64,000 bases of DNA, taken from the NCBI GenBank assembly GCA_040389905.1, contig JAZJZK010000012.1:197537-261536 (forward strand), given 5' to 3'. How positions within the stretch are numbered: the first letter of the stretch is position 1; every line of letters starts with the position of its first letter. Both the position numbers and the translations under genes were made by a program. Source of the DNA: Gemmatimonadota bacterium (GTDB lineage: Bacteria > Gemmatimonadota > Gemmatimonadetes > Gemmatimonadales > Gemmatimonadaceae). Of the stretch, positions 40,792-51,651 are shown one piece after another. Below the pieces are notes generated by a model. It ran no database searches. It was not told where the DNA came from and saw only the letters and a program-made list of their open reading frames with translations.

Positions 40792-41436
40792 TCAGTGACC
40801 GTGGCGCGCCATTCCACCGCCCGCGAGATGCAGGGCAATGACCGCCGTGGCGATCAGCCCCAGTATACCCAGCAATACCTTGAGCCCAGCTGGGCGAGCT
40901 GGTACGCTCGCACCCACTGGACTCTGGAAGCGCTGCTGCTGGAGGCTCTGTCCGAATCGCGTTCGGCCCCATGGCTTGAAGATCGACAGGAGGGTGATCC
41001 CGATGAGCAGCGCCACCGCTACACCCGCGTCCGCGACGAGCTGCGGTGCCGTTTGGCCAAGATTGGGGACGTCCCTCAACGCGGACGCCGAGACACTCTT
41101 GGCGGCGGCCGCGACTGCAGTGAATTGATGCAAGAGCAAGAGGAAGGTCGCGAATACACTGGATAGCAGTTTCACGAGCACCCAGTAATAGCGGCGCAGG
41201 CCCCACTCCGTTCCGAGCCCTATCCATATCCCAGTGACAACTGACACAAGGCTCATCGGGACAATGGTGTACAGGCCGACGAGGTTCATCGAGACGTAGG
41301 CGCTCCGCACCACCACGCCATCGCGGGTGGTGAGTCCCGCGATACTGAGCACGAGGAATGCAGCGACGGCGCCGAGCCAGCCGACGGACGAGATCACGTG
41401 CGCCGTTAGGACGGCTTTCCGAGCACCGGGCGTCAT
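40792..41436 (-). CDS. DUF2269-like membrane protein
   Basis: LTAHVISSVGWLG, WGLRRYYWVLVK, SIFKPWG. Confidence 0.8.
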   Translation of the reverse strand: MTPGARKAVLTAHVISSVGWLGAVAAFLVLSIAGLTTRDGVVVRSAYVSMNLVGLYTIVPMSLVSVVTGIWIGLGTEWGLRRYYWVLVKLLSSVFATFLLLLHQFTAVAAAAKSVSASALRDVPNLGQTAPQLVADAGVAVALLIGITLLSIFKPWGRTRFGQSLQQQRFQSPVGASVPARPAGLKVLLGILGLIATAVIALHLAGGGMARHGH

Positions 41437-41446
41437 GGCGTTCACG

Positions 41447-42061
41447 CTATTTGCCGTTGCTCGAATGACGTGTGCCACTGCGCTTCCTCACGCGGGTGCG
41501 AGGTGGCTTTGGCGGGATCCGCACGGATTTCGGTCGCCCCTGCGACAGTTGTCGTGACTTCGCCGGGTGCGGCGGCGCCTCCCCGGCGAGAATGCCACCG
41601 CGCAGCAACGCAATGTGGCGATAGACGAGTGCTGTGCTCCCTTCCAGAAAGTCGGAGATCGCCGAGAGTTGATGGGCGTCGAATCCTTCGAGCAATGCCG
41701 CCAGCTCCTTTCGTATCGGAGTGAAGACATCCTGGATTTCCCGCACGCGATCAGCGTTCGGAATCAGGATTTGCTGACGCCCGTCATCGGGGTCCTGCTC
41801 GCGTCGGAGGTACCCGGCCCTTTCCAGCCGCGCGACCACTCCGGTGATCGCGCCGCTTGTCAGTCCTGTGATCGCAGCAAGTGCGCTACCCGTAATCCTG
41901 CCGCGCTCCCGCAGAAGGTCGAAGCACTTGTGATCGGTCGGCCCCAGCCCAAGTCGTTCAGCGACCGCATGATGGAAGAGCACGGCCGCAGTGCTGTGTT
42001 GCCGGCCAAGTCGGCCGACAATGTCCTCAAGAGCTGCCATCAGTGCTTCCTCCCTCGCCAA
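41447..42061 (-). CDS. MarR-family regulator
   Basis: LGPTDHKC, TGLTSGAITGVVARLERAGY..DPDDGR. Confidence 0.92.
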   Translation of the reverse strand: MAREEALMAALEDIVGRLGRQHSTAAVLFHHAVAERLGLGPTDHKCFDLLRERGRITGSALAAITGLTSGAITGVVARLERAGYLRREQDPDDGRQQILIPNADRVREIQDVFTPIRKELAALLEGFDAHQLSAISDFLEGSTALVYRHIALLRGGILAGEAPPHPAKSRQLSQGRPKSVRIPPKPPRTRVRKRSGTRHSSNGK

Positions 42062-42313
42062 AAGCCAACTCCACTATCGCTTAGTTTCTAAGGTAGTTCG
42101 TGAGCTACCTTTCGCAACCTTCCCGGACAGCGATACGGGCCTGCTAAGGGCGCCCCGCTGGTCTGCCGACAGACTGCGCGCATCTTGCCTCAAGCCGCCG
42201 AAATCGCTTCCGGTGGCGCACGCAACCCGGTGATCCTTGCGTTCGTCTTTTACTCAACGTAAAATGCGACTCTTGGTTAGTCGCGCTTCTACCTTTCACT
42301 GGGCTGTTTTTCA

Positions 42314-43195
42314 ATGCGTCCTTCCCTCAGTCATCGGTTCGCACGAGTCGGGCGTCGGGCCGTCGCTCCGGTCCTACTCGCCACCATCGGTGTTGTATCC
42401 ACCGCCAGCGCCCATGACTTCTGGGTGATCCCTGACATGTTCGTGTTCCGGGCGGATTCAGTGATCCACGCGAGCGGTCGAGCTGGCACTCGCTTCCCCG
42501 TTGGCACTCCAGTGCAGCCGACGCGAGTCGCTGACGCGCGGCTCATCGGTGCAACAACCCAGACCAAGATCACGCAACTGAGCGTGGAGGGCTCTTCGCT
42601 CCGCCTCCACGAGAAAGCACCGGCCGCAGGGCAGTATGTAATTGCCGTGACGTTGACTTCGACCTCCACGCGGTCAACGCCGGCAAACCTCCTGCGCTTC
42701 CTGCGCGCTGAGGGCGGAGCTGCCGAGGCAGCCCGCCTGGAGAAGGAGAACGCGCTCGTCGGGCAGGACAGCGTCGTGTATCAAGCGACCTCCTACGCCA
42801 CGGCAATCGTCGAGGTAGGGCGCGGCGGTCCGCGCGCCTTTGCAGTTTCGACGGGCCTGCCGCTGGAGTTCATTCCGGTGAATGACCCCGCGCACCTACA
42901 TGTGGGGGACACCCTGCACGTGAAGATCGTGGGCAACGGGAAAGCTGTACCCGGCATCGGCGTCTTCGCGGGTCCCGCTGTGGACACGACTGCCTCGGCA
43001 TCCGGCGCGGCGCCTGCGACAGCAGCAAACACGTCCCTTGTCCTGTCCGCCGACGGGAACGGAGTCCTGCACTTGCCGCTGACTTCGGCAGCCGCTTGGA
43101 ACCTCCGCGCCGCGTACGTCTACCGCCACTCCGGTGCACCCGAGTGGCGAATCGCGCGCGCGACCTACGTCTTCAACGTGAGCGCTTCGCACTAG
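42314..43195 (+). CDS. DUF4198-like periplasmic metal-related protein
   Basis: signal peptide then AHDFWV; GLPLEFIPVNDP. Confidence 0.8.
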   Translation: MRPSLSHRFARVGRRAVAPVLLATIGVVSTASAHDFWVIPDMFVFRADSVIHASGRAGTRFPVGTPVQPTRVADARLIGATTQTKITQLSVEGSSLRLHEKAPAAGQYVIAVTLTSTSTRSTPANLLRFLRAEGGAAEAARLEKENALVGQDSVVYQATSYATAIVEVGRGGPRAFAVSTGLPLEFIPVNDPAHLHVGDTLHVKIVGNGKAVPGIGVFAGPAVDTTASASGAAPATAANTSLVLSADGNGVLHLPLTSAAAWNLRAAYVYRHSGAPEWRIARATYVFNVSASH

Positions 43196-43317
43196 CCGTC
43201 GCCTTTTATTGGGAGTAAAGCGCGGCACCGTTCATGCGACGCCGAGGTGTTGCCATTGGGACTTGGCCGCCTGCGACCGCATGCGTTCCTCTCCCTTTCC
43301 AACCTGAGGTCTGTCAG

Positions 43318-43677
43318 ATGCCCCACGCAGCCGGTCACGGCCATTCTGGTCCCATGCAGGCCTGCATTGATGCCTGCACCTCGTGCCATCAGACGTGTCT
43401 GCATACGCTTCGGCATTGCCTGGAGAAGGGGGGAAAGCACGCCGACGCCTCGCACATAACGCTGTTGCTCGATTGTGCGCAGATCTGCACCGCAAGCGCC
43501 GACTTCATGACGCGTCACTCTGATCAACACAACTCGGTTTGCCGCGCCTGTGCCGAAGTCTGCCGCGCCTGCGCCGCGTCCTGCGATTCTATGGGCGACG
43601 ACGACATGATGAAGCAGTGCGCAGAGGAGTGCAGGCGTTGCGCGGAGAGTTGCTTAGCCATGGCACAGATGGCGTAG
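43318..43677 (+). CDS. four-helix copper storage protein (Csp/DUF326)
   Basis: repeated CxxxCxxC helices. Confidence 0.92.
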   Translation: MPHAAGHGHSGPMQACIDACTSCHQTCLHTLRHCLEKGGKHADASHITLLLDCAQICTASADFMTRHSDQHNSVCRACAEVCRACAASCDSMGDDDMMKQCAEECRRCAESCLAMAQMA

Positions 43678-43800
43678 CGAGCATCGGTTCAACTCACTCC
43701 CGTCCCGTCGTCGCCTCCTTGAGCGTCGGATCTCGCTCGGATCCGACAGCCACTTGTCGTGTCCGAGCGACGCTCTTGGAGGCACCACGGACGCCAATCA

Positions 43801-44313
43801 TCATGGTGTTCTCCTTCGAGACGACCAGTGCACCGCTCGGATCATCCATGGCGCGCCCGCTTTCGCGCGTGCGAGCACTATAAGTTCGGCGCCTACGGAA
43901 TTAACCGCGCGCCCGTTGTACTGCCCCTCCGTGACGCTTGTTGACGTCACCCAGGCGGCGTCGCCGCTCACGACGACGCTCTTGAGGGTGTGCACGCCCG
44001 GCAGGGCACGGGCGTAGGCGATGTCACCGGGCAGGTGGTGGCTCCGATAGTCGGCAAGTGTTTCGACGCCGCCTGCCTCAAGGATGATGACGTCAGGCGC
44101 GAGGAGACGAAGTGCTGCAGTGCTGTCGCCACGGGCGAGAGCGTCGCGGAAGGCCGTGACTACGCCGACCACGTCCGCGGAGTCGGTGACGAGCTGCCGG
44201 CTCGCCGTCGCCGACCTCGTCGACTCGGCGTGGGCTTCAGCAATAGCGGATGTGCTCGGCAGCATGAGGGCGCATGTACATGCTGCGAGGCGGAAGACTG
44301 TGCGCACTTGCAT
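43801..44313 (-). CDS. secreted NTF2/SnoaL-like protein
   Basis: signal peptide; ALARGD, YRSHHL, IRAVHWSSR. Confidence 0.8.
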   Translation of the reverse strand: MQVRTVFRLAACTCALMLPSTSAIAEAHAESTRSATASRQLVTDSADVVGVVTAFRDALARGDSTAALRLLAPDVIILEAGGVETLADYRSHHLPGDIAYARALPGVHTLKSVVVSGDAAWVTSTSVTEGQYNGRAVNSVGAELIVLARAKAGAPWMIRAVHWSSRRRTP

Positions 44314-44496
44314 TCCTTGATGTGGGATGCACTATTTTACCGTCGGTAAAACAGTCAAGCAAGCATTTCAATCGCCCCCGGAACGATCTCCGGCACCAGC
44401 GGCACAGAAGACCGTGGCGCAAAGCCGCGTGCGCACATTTTATGCACCATCAAACGCACCTTTGCGCTACCGGATCACCCTCAGCCGAGATACTGC

Positions 44497-45144
44497 ATGA
44501 CAAGCACCTCCACCAGCGTGCGCTGCATCGCGCAGCGCCTTTCGCTCGCGACCGCTGCCCTCGCCGTACTTGCCTGCAGCTCGGGCGACAAGCCAGCGGA
44601 TTCTTCCTCGGCAACATCGACTCCCGGTGCTCCGTCGCCAGCTACAGCGGCGCCTGACACTGGCATGTCCAATATGGCTGGAATGACAGGTATGGCCGGC
44701 ATGACAGGCGACGCGGATCACGACTTCCTCCGAATGATGAGCGATCATCATCGTGGGTTGACGGAACTGGCGCATATGACGAAGGAGCGTTCAGACATCG
44801 GCACTGCGAAAGCCGACGCCACCAAGATGGACGCCGCGCAGGACAAGGAACTCGATCATATGGTGACCATGCTCGAGAAAGACTTCAAAGATCCGTATGC
44901 GCCGAAGGTCATGCCTGAGCATCAGGCGATGGCAGACGAGCTGAAGCCTAAGACCGGCAAGGACTACGAGCGCACCTTCTACCAGGATGTCATCAAGCAT
45001 CATCAGGAAGCGGTGAAGATGATCGACGACTATCTGCCGAAGGCCAAGAATGCCATGCTCAAGCAAATGGCCGAGGAGATGAAGGCGGCGCAGACCAAGG
45101 AGATCGGGGAGTTTCAAGGCAAAGTTGCGAAGCTCGGCGCCTAG
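44497..45144 (+). CDS. DUF305 lipoprotein (CopM-like)
   Basis: lipobox VLAC; two DxxF..(M/V)..HH repeats; Met-rich. Confidence 0.88.
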   Translation: MTSTSTSVRCIAQRLSLATAALAVLACSSGDKPADSSSATSTPGAPSPATAAPDTGMSNMAGMTGMAGMTGDADHDFLRMMSDHHRGLTELAHMTKERSDIGTAKADATKMDAAQDKELDHMVTMLEKDFKDPYAPKVMPEHQAMADELKPKTGKDYERTFYQDVIKHHQEAVKMIDDYLPKAKNAMLKQMAEEMKAAQTKEIGEFQGKVAKLGA

Positions 45145-45243
45145 GTAGGCACCTGATGAAGGCATCCGCAGCAGGAGCCTCACTTCACCCTGGTGAGCCT
45201 TCCGCTGCGTTCTCGACGGAACCCAGCCTAGCGACGGACGACA

Positions 45244-47247
45244 ATGATCCTCCAACCCATCGACTACGTCGTCTATGCCTGGTTGATCCTCGCGCTGCTC
45301 TCCGCGCTCTACGTGGGGATCGACCAGTTTCGCCACAACCCCGAAGCGACGGTGATGAAGTGGGGATTCATCCTCGTCACACTCTACATGGGACCACTCG
45401 GGCTGCTGCTCTACGTCCTCGCGGACAAGGAGCCTCGTCCCGGGACGCATGAGGCCTTCGTCGCCCCGTTGTGGAAGCAGGCGGTCGGTTCGACGGTGCA
45501 CTGTGTCGCCGGCGATGCGACAGGAATCATTCTCGCTGCCATCCTCACGGCGCTCCTCGGGCTTCCGATGTGGGCGGATCTCCTCGTGGAGTACACGGCC
45601 GGCTCCCTCTTCGGGCTCCTGATTTTTCAAGCGCTGTTCATGCGCGCAATTATGGGAGGGACGTACCTCGAGAACGTGCGACGCAGCTTCCTCCCGGAGC
45701 TGCTCTCCATGAACCTGATGATGGCTGGCATGGCTCCGGTCATGACCCACCTCATGATGGGTCGCGACATGCGGGCTATGTGGCCTGGAGAACCGCTGTT
45801 CTGGTTTGTCATGTCGCTGGGCGTGATTGCAGGGTTTGTACTCGCGTATCCGGTCAACGTCTGGCTCGTCGCGCAGAAGATGAAGCATGGGCTGATGACG
45901 GTGCGTGAGAGAGCTCCTGAGAGCGCCACCGTGACGGACCATGCCGCAGTGAGCCATGCGGAGACGCAGACGCCGGGCATGCAAGGGTCGGCGACGCAGC
46001 ACGCGAAGCACAACATGAGTGGCGCCATGAACAGCATGGGCGATGAGAGGACCACCTCGGCGCACGCCGCGGCTTCGGCGAGCGAGCACTCAAGCGGCGC
46101 AGTGGATTCGCCAAAGCGCGCCAACCACGCGGGCATGCGCACCAGCGTCACGAGCGCGCAGCTCGTGGCGGTCACCGCGTGCACCTTTGTTGCCTTGATC
46201 GCCGGCATGTACGTCCCCGCGACACGAATGAACTTTCGCATCAGTGCAGAGGACGTACGCAGCGCGATCATGCCGCCAGGGATGATTTCAACTCCAGACA
46301 CTCCTGCGGACGCGATGCGAGACATGGCTGCTGCGGATCCGCGCAATGTGTCCTACAGGGCGCCGGCCTCCGCTCGAGGAGACCGCCCGCTGGTTCCGCG
46401 GATCGAGAATGGGGTCAAGGTATTCGACCTCGACGCCTCCGTGATTCGCTGGAACATCCTGTCGTGGAAGACAGTGACTGCGTTCGCGATCAACCAGCAG
46501 GTACCAGGACCACGTCTGGAGCTGACGGAGGGTGATCGTGTCCGGATCACCTTCACAAACCATTTGCCCGAGCCGGCGACCATGCATTGGCATGGCCTCG
46601 TCGTTCCCAACAACATGGACGGCCCGGCGCACATCACGCAGGCGCCGGTGCCTCCGGGCGGAAGCTACACCTACGAGTATTTGGTCAAGCAGTCAGGCAG
46701 TTTCTTCTACCATTCGCACTCCCGGCCTGATCGCCAACAGGCGTTTGGGCTATACGGTGCACTGATCATCCATCCGCGTGACCCTGCAACAGAAGAGAAG
46801 GCCGACATCGACTACGTCGTCCAGCTGCAAGAATGGCTGAACCGCGACGGACTCACGTACCCCGCCATGTTGATGGAGGGCGGGCTCCCCAACTATTTCA
46901 CGATCAATGGCAAATCGTACCCGGAGACCGAGACCATTCACATGCGAGTCGGGCAGCGGGTAAAGTTTCGCATCATCGGCACGAACAACAATTTCATTCA
47001 CCCGATGCACATGCACGGCGGTCCATTCACCGTCGTGGCGCGTGACGGCGTGACGTTGTCATCCACAGCCCGCTTCGATGCCGACGTCATCAACGTCGGG
47101 CCTGGCCAGCGGTATGATGTGATTTGGCCAGCGCGCGAACCGGGCAAGTGGATCTTCCACTGCCACATCGCCCATCACACGCTCAATAACAATACGGAAG
47201 AGCAAGGAGGCGGTGGGTTGACGCTCTTGGTCGACGTAGCACCATAG
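45244..47247 (+). CDS. DUF4396 membrane domain fused to two-domain multicopper oxidase
   Basis: STVHCVAGD, AYPVNVWL; HWHG, YHSH, HPMHMHG, HCHIAHH. Confidence 0.9.
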   Translation: MILQPIDYVVYAWLILALLSALYVGIDQFRHNPEATVMKWGFILVTLYMGPLGLLLYVLADKEPRPGTHEAFVAPLWKQAVGSTVHCVAGDATGIILAAILTALLGLPMWADLLVEYTAGSLFGLLIFQALFMRAIMGGTYLENVRRSFLPELLSMNLMMAGMAPVMTHLMMGRDMRAMWPGEPLFWFVMSLGVIAGFVLAYPVNVWLVAQKMKHGLMTVRERAPESATVTDHAAVSHAETQTPGMQGSATQHAKHNMSGAMNSMGDERTTSAHAAASASEHSSGAVDSPKRANHAGMRTSVTSAQLVAVTACTFVALIAGMYVPATRMNFRISAEDVRSAIMPPGMISTPDTPADAMRDMAAADPRNVSYRAPASARGDRPLVPRIENGVKVFDLDASVIRWNILSWKTVTAFAINQQVPGPRLELTEGDRVRITFTNHLPEPATMHWHGLVVPNNMDGPAHITQAPVPPGGSYTYEYLVKQSGSFFYHSHSRPDRQQAFGLYGALIIHPRDPATEEKADIDYVVQLQEWLNRDGLTYPAMLMEGGLPNYFTINGKSYPETETIHMRVGQRVKFRIIGTNNNFIHPMHMHGGPFTVVARDGVTLSSTARFDADVINVGPGQRYDVIWPAREPGKWIFHCHIAHHTLNNNTEEQGGGGLTLLVDVAP

Positions 47248-47251
47248 AGCC

Positions 47252-50128
47252 CTACTCTTCCGTTGGTGGTGCGCTTTCGCTCGCCGGCGCGACAGCGGCG
47301 GTGGCCCTCGCGTTAGGAGAAGGATGCGCAGGAGTAGTGAGTAGGCGCGCTTGCGCGCGCGAAGCCAACGCGAAGAGAGTGTGGAGTACGATGCCGCTTG
47401 TCGTGCCAACGCATGTGCCGGGGCGAGCCAGGCCGTGCGCCACGGTGTTGCGAAGGTTCAGTCCCGACGGCGATTGATAGATCGCCTCGACGTACCGAAA
47501 GAGCCGCGTTCCAAGGAGCGCCTCGACCGTCGTGCCATCGGCTGCGGTGCGGCGCAAGAGACCACCGAAGGTCGCATCGTCCGTTCGAGTGGTCTCTGTA
47601 CCGCTTGGCGCCTGAAACGTTGTGGTCTCCACTCCCCACGCGTTCAGCTGCTGACGAAGGAGGTCCTCGACGCGCGGGACAAGAATGTGGACTGCACTGA
47701 TGTGGTCTTCCGCTAGGTAGCGCTCGATGCCAGCGCGGAGCAGTAGCTTCGTGCCATCGTCGGTCTGGAGCGCTGCGAGCGCCTGCATGACGTCATCGGG
47801 CCCAAGGCCAATGGTCTTTGCTGCCTTGGCGAGAGTAACGTCGTAGCGCGTGCCGAGGATGCTCGCATGAATCGTCATGCGCCACTCGATGCCGGCCGCG
47901 AGCAACTGATCGTCGGTAGTGGCCTCACCGACGACCTTTCCACTGCCCAGCAGCGACTGCGGCATCATGCTGGCCAACGGAGCCACCTCTGCGTCCGTCT
48001 TTGTCTGAACCGCAAGCTTGTCTGGATCCGGGAGGCGCGCCTCCGCTTCCCGCAGCAGCAGCTGTATGGTGTCAGCCGGCGTCGCTTGAGTTTGATCAAG
48101 CATCTCGGGGTCGAATGGCAATGGCACAGTGACCTCGCTGAGCGCGCCCGTGGATTCCACGAGTCGCAGGTGCTCTTGTTCCTTTCGTTGCACAGCGGCT
48201 ACCTCCTGGCGCGGGAACAAGTCGCGACGCTCCTCCATCACTTTGCGGGCCTGACGATAGAAATGGGCAGCCACGACATGCGCTCCCTTCCCTGACTCCG
48301 CTTCCGCGCGCGCGGCCAGAAGCTCGTACCGCCGCCGCACGAATGCCTCGGTCGCACCTGCGACCTTGAAGTGGTTCAGCAGATCGGCCTCGACCTGGGC
48401 GACATTCGCCGCAATGAGGTCACTCCCCACATCAGCCGACATCGTCGCGTAGGCATGACCGACGACGTCCAGCGCGCGGCGACGGACGTCTGGAGCGATC
48501 TCGCTTTCTCGGAGCGCCGTGAGCATTCGCAATGGGCGGAACGACCAGCGCGCGGCTAACCAGGCGCGTTTTGGCTCCTCCCACGCGAACGAGGCCATGC
48601 TTTCCGCGAAGCCGGTCACCCATTCGGCCCACGGGCGAATCTCTGCGGAACCCTGGAGCACGCCGCCCCTCCTCAGCAGGACGGTCAGGCGGTTGCTCAC
48701 GTGATCAGCCAGGTGGCCTGTCTGTGATGGGTCCGCGACCTGAACGCGTCGTGCGTGCTCGAGAAGCTCCCGATGAGCATCTACCGCGGCTCGGACGTTT
48801 GTTAGCCACTCGCGACCCGACGTGGGCCCCGCGCTGAGCACGTACTCGAGATACAACACCCGCAGGAGAGGATCCCCAGTCTCTTGCGCGCGCAAAGCGA
48901 AGTAGGCGCCCGCATCGGGCTTCAGGGCATGCGCTGCACGCTCCGCCTTGTGCGGCTCCCGGAATACACTCTCGCCGCTGCCATCCATTTGACAGATGTC
49001 GAGGAGGCTTTGTTCGCGTTCAAGCAGAGCGCCGAACTCAGCGTCTCCGCTCGCGTCCGCCTCCGCGGCGGCGCGCTCCAACGCGTGCCGCACTCGTCGC
49101 GCGTAGAATTCGCCGGGCGCGTCCGGGACGACATCAAGTACGTCTCCAAGGCGTTCGTGCGTTAGCGTCATTCCGTTGGTCGCATTCGCGTGAGGCTTGT
49201 GCTGGGAACTCGGCGTGAGATCGGCCGTGAGATCTGCTGATTCCTCATCCAAAGGTAGGATGAGCGCGGGGGTGAACTCGCGCGAGACCCGGTCCACGCG
49301 CCGGCGTCTCGCCCAGATCGTGACAGGCACGAGGAGCATGAGAACGGCCGCGTATTGCCCGGGCGTCAGGCCAGCGTAGCGCGCGTCACTCACACGAAGC
49401 GTATCGAGTGCTATGCGCATAGGCGCGTACAGAAGTGCGAACGCGCTGAGATAGGTGCCAACCGTGCGCGGCCGTCTGTCGAGCGCGAGAAAGACGGGGC
49501 AGACGATCACGGCAAGGTAGAGGAACTCGTACCACCCGAGATCGTGGAAACCGAGCCTCACCAGTTCTCCGCTTGCCGGCACTTGGGATAGCCGACCGGC
49601 AGCGGTGTAGACACCGCGGATGTACTCCTGTGCTTCCGTCGTACGCAAGCTGATTGCGAGCGGGAAGGTCGTGATCGTCCCGGGATGATCATGCGCGAGT
49701 GTACACGCGACCCGCCCCACTGCCCAAGCGAATGGTAGTGCGAAGGCCGCGGCTTCGATGAATGACCATCGGTCTTCCCGCCCGACATCGGCGCGTGCGC
49801 GATAGAGAAAGACGCCAACACCAAGCGCCCCACCGATCATTCCGCCGAATGAGCTCACGTCTTCCCAGACTCGTAATAGGAGCCAAGGGTCGCTCCGCAG
49901 ACGTTCGGGGAAATACAGTACGACCGAGAAAAGATGGGCGAACAGAAACCCGCCGATCAGCGCCGCACCTGCTAATCGGCTCCCGATTCCCATATCGAGG
50001 CCGCGGGCAGCGAGCCTACGACGGTAGATGGCGTCACCGGCGAGGGCGGCGGACGCCACGATCACACCAAAGGCCTGAATCGTGAGCGGTCCGAGATGGA
50101 GTGCCGGCTGCTCGACGAACGGAATCAC
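47252..50128 (-). CDS. Lgt-family domain in frame with DUF4209/HEPN-like protein (possibly two genes, second ATG 49171)
   Basis: SSFGGMIG, GRVAC..HDHPG, YE..LYAPMR..LR; C-terminal HILVPRVEDLLR and GLNLRNTVAHG. Confidence 0.75.
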   Translation of the reverse strand: MIPFVEQPALHLGPLTIQAFGVIVASAALAGDAIYRRRLAARGLDMGIGSRLAGAALIGGFLFAHLFSVVLYFPERLRSDPWLLLRVWEDVSSFGGMIGGALGVGVFLYRARADVGREDRWSFIEAAAFALPFAWAVGRVACTLAHDHPGTITTFPLAISLRTTEAQEYIRGVYTAAGRLSQVPASGELVRLGFHDLGWYEFLYLAVIVCPVFLALDRRPRTVGTYLSAFALLYAPMRIALDTLRVSDARYAGLTPGQYAAVLMLLVPVTIWARRRRVDRVSREFTPALILPLDEESADLTADLTPSSQHKPHANATNGMTLTHERLGDVLDVVPDAPGEFYARRVRHALERAAAEADASGDAEFGALLEREQSLLDICQMDGSGESVFREPHKAERAAHALKPDAGAYFALRAQETGDPLLRVLYLEYVLSAGPTSGREWLTNVRAAVDAHRELLEHARRVQVADPSQTGHLADHVSNRLTVLLRRGGVLQGSAEIRPWAEWVTGFAESMASFAWEEPKRAWLAARWSFRPLRMLTALRESEIAPDVRRRALDVVGHAYATMSADVGSDLIAANVAQVEADLLNHFKVAGATEAFVRRRYELLAARAEAESGKGAHVVAAHFYRQARKVMEERRDLFPRQEVAAVQRKEQEHLRLVESTGALSEVTVPLPFDPEMLDQTQATPADTIQLLLREAEARLPDPDKLAVQTKTDAEVAPLASMMPQSLLGSGKVVGEATTDDQLLAAGIEWRMTIHASILGTRYDVTLAKAAKTIGLGPDDVMQALAALQTDDGTKLLLRAGIERYLAEDHISAVHILVPRVEDLLRQQLNAWGVETTTFQAPSGTETTRTDDATFGGLLRRTAADGTTVEALLGTRLFRYVEAIYQSPSGLNLRNTVAHGLARPGTCVGTTSGIVLHTLFALASRAQARLLTTPAHPSPNARATAAVAPASESAPPTEE

Positions 50129-50165
50129 CGGTCGCTCACCGACGATGACTTAGGTGTTGTTGCCC

Positions 50166-51647
50166 TCACATCGTTGCGTCCATCGACGTCGGCGAGGCAA
50201 CGAGGATGGCAGTCACGAGCAGCACGATGATCGCAACAGTTACCTCTACGCGTGCCGAACGCACCAAATGATGCGTTGCAGCATCAGTTCCGAGCCGAGG
50301 CTTCACGGTCCGCCAGTTGTAGAAGCCGGTCAGGGCCACGACACCAAGCACCGTGAGCTTCACCAGCAGCGTGATGCCGTACCGAGTGCCCCAAAGGTTT
50401 GGGATCGCTCCCACGTGCAGCCACGCCGCGAAGACACCGGTCGCCGTGGCGACGCCTGCGCTCATGAGTGCGACTGGCGAGAACGCATTGATGAGTTCAG
50501 CCACCATGGGTCCACGCTCTGCTTCGGGGAGGCACGCCGCGGCTGGGAGACCAGCCAGCAGTACCAGCGCGAGAGATCCGAGCCAACTGCTCGCGCCGAG
50601 AACGTGCAGGCCATCCGCGATCACAGCCAACACTTGCAGCTTCGGGGCTGCCGACGCGTGGCCAGAGAATGCCGCTGAGAACGCGAGCAGTAGCGCGCCG
50701 ACGGTAGCCAACGACCATCCGTAGCTCGGACGGACAGGCGCGGTCGAATGGGTGCCTCGCGCGCGGCAAGCTCTATCGGCGAGGTGGAAGCCCAACCCGC
50801 CAACAATCACGCCAGCGAGTTGTAGCAGCCATCCGTGCCCCCAGACCGTGTTCTTGATCATTTGGGCAGAGAGCGTGGCATTCCAGACGTCAGCGGCACC
50901 GTGCATCGCGTAGGACTGAGCAATGAGGCGCGCAACGAGTGTGACGACCAGTGCGGCCACGGCAAGGTGCCCGACCCTCGCGGCCCGCGCTTCGGCAAGG
51001 TCCAGCATCGGCGAATCGGGATCTTCCTTCCGGCGCAGGAAGCTGAGCACGAACTGACGAAACGAAATCGTGCCAATGACTAGCAAGAGAGCGATGAATT
51101 GCACCCATCGCACTACGACGTACGCCGGCGATTCCGCACCGAACCCATTTCCTTCCGGCATCGACGCGGGATCATGATGCATCGCCATCGAATCGGCACC
51201 GGAGTCCGCCATCGGCATCATCGCAGGCGCGGCGCCGCGCCCCACAGTGTCGCTGACGGTCCCCATTGCCCCGGGAGCGACGACAAACTCGAAGTTTCCC
51301 CGAATCGGATGCCCATCATCGCCAGCGAGCTGCCACTGTACGACGTACGTCCCCGCCCGCAGCTGGCCTGGTATTGCTGCTACCAGCGTGCGCCGCGACT
51401 GCGCCGTGTAGGCCAAGCTGCCAAGCGTTATTTCACGGCCGCCCGGGCCCAGCAACTTCACCCTCGAGAACGCGAGATCGGGGACTTCGCTGAATTCGAG
51501 TTTCAGTTCCCGCGGTGATGTTCCGAGATGTGCTCCAGCACTTGGCGACGAACTCTTGAGCCGCCCATGCGCCGACGCTATCTGCGGTGCTGCCAGCAAT
51601 GACAGCACCAGAATGGCGCACGCGCGCCACGAGATGATTGCGCGCAT
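50166..51647 (-). CDS. CopC-CopD fusion copper resistance protein
   Basis: AHGRLKSSSP, DDGHP; SGHA, LHVLGASSWLG, YGITLLVKL. Confidence 0.92.
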   Translation of the reverse strand: MRAIISWRACAILVLSLLAAPQIASAHGRLKSSSPSAGAHLGTSPRELKLEFSEVPDLAFSRVKLLGPGGREITLGSLAYTAQSRRTLVAAIPGQLRAGTYVVQWQLAGDDGHPIRGNFEFVVAPGAMGTVSDTVGRGAAPAMMPMADSGADSMAMHHDPASMPEGNGFGAESPAYVVVRWVQFIALLLVIGTISFRQFVLSFLRRKEDPDSPMLDLAEARAARVGHLAVAALVVTLVARLIAQSYAMHGAADVWNATLSAQMIKNTVWGHGWLLQLAGVIVGGLGFHLADRACRARGTHSTAPVRPSYGWSLATVGALLLAFSAAFSGHASAAPKLQVLAVIADGLHVLGASSWLGSLALVLLAGLPAAACLPEAERGPMVAELINAFSPVALMSAGVATATGVFAAWLHVGAIPNLWGTRYGITLLVKLTVLGVVALTGFYNWRTVKPRLGTDAATHHLVRSARVEVTVAIIVLLVTAILVASPTSMDATM

Positions 51648-51651
51648 TTGA

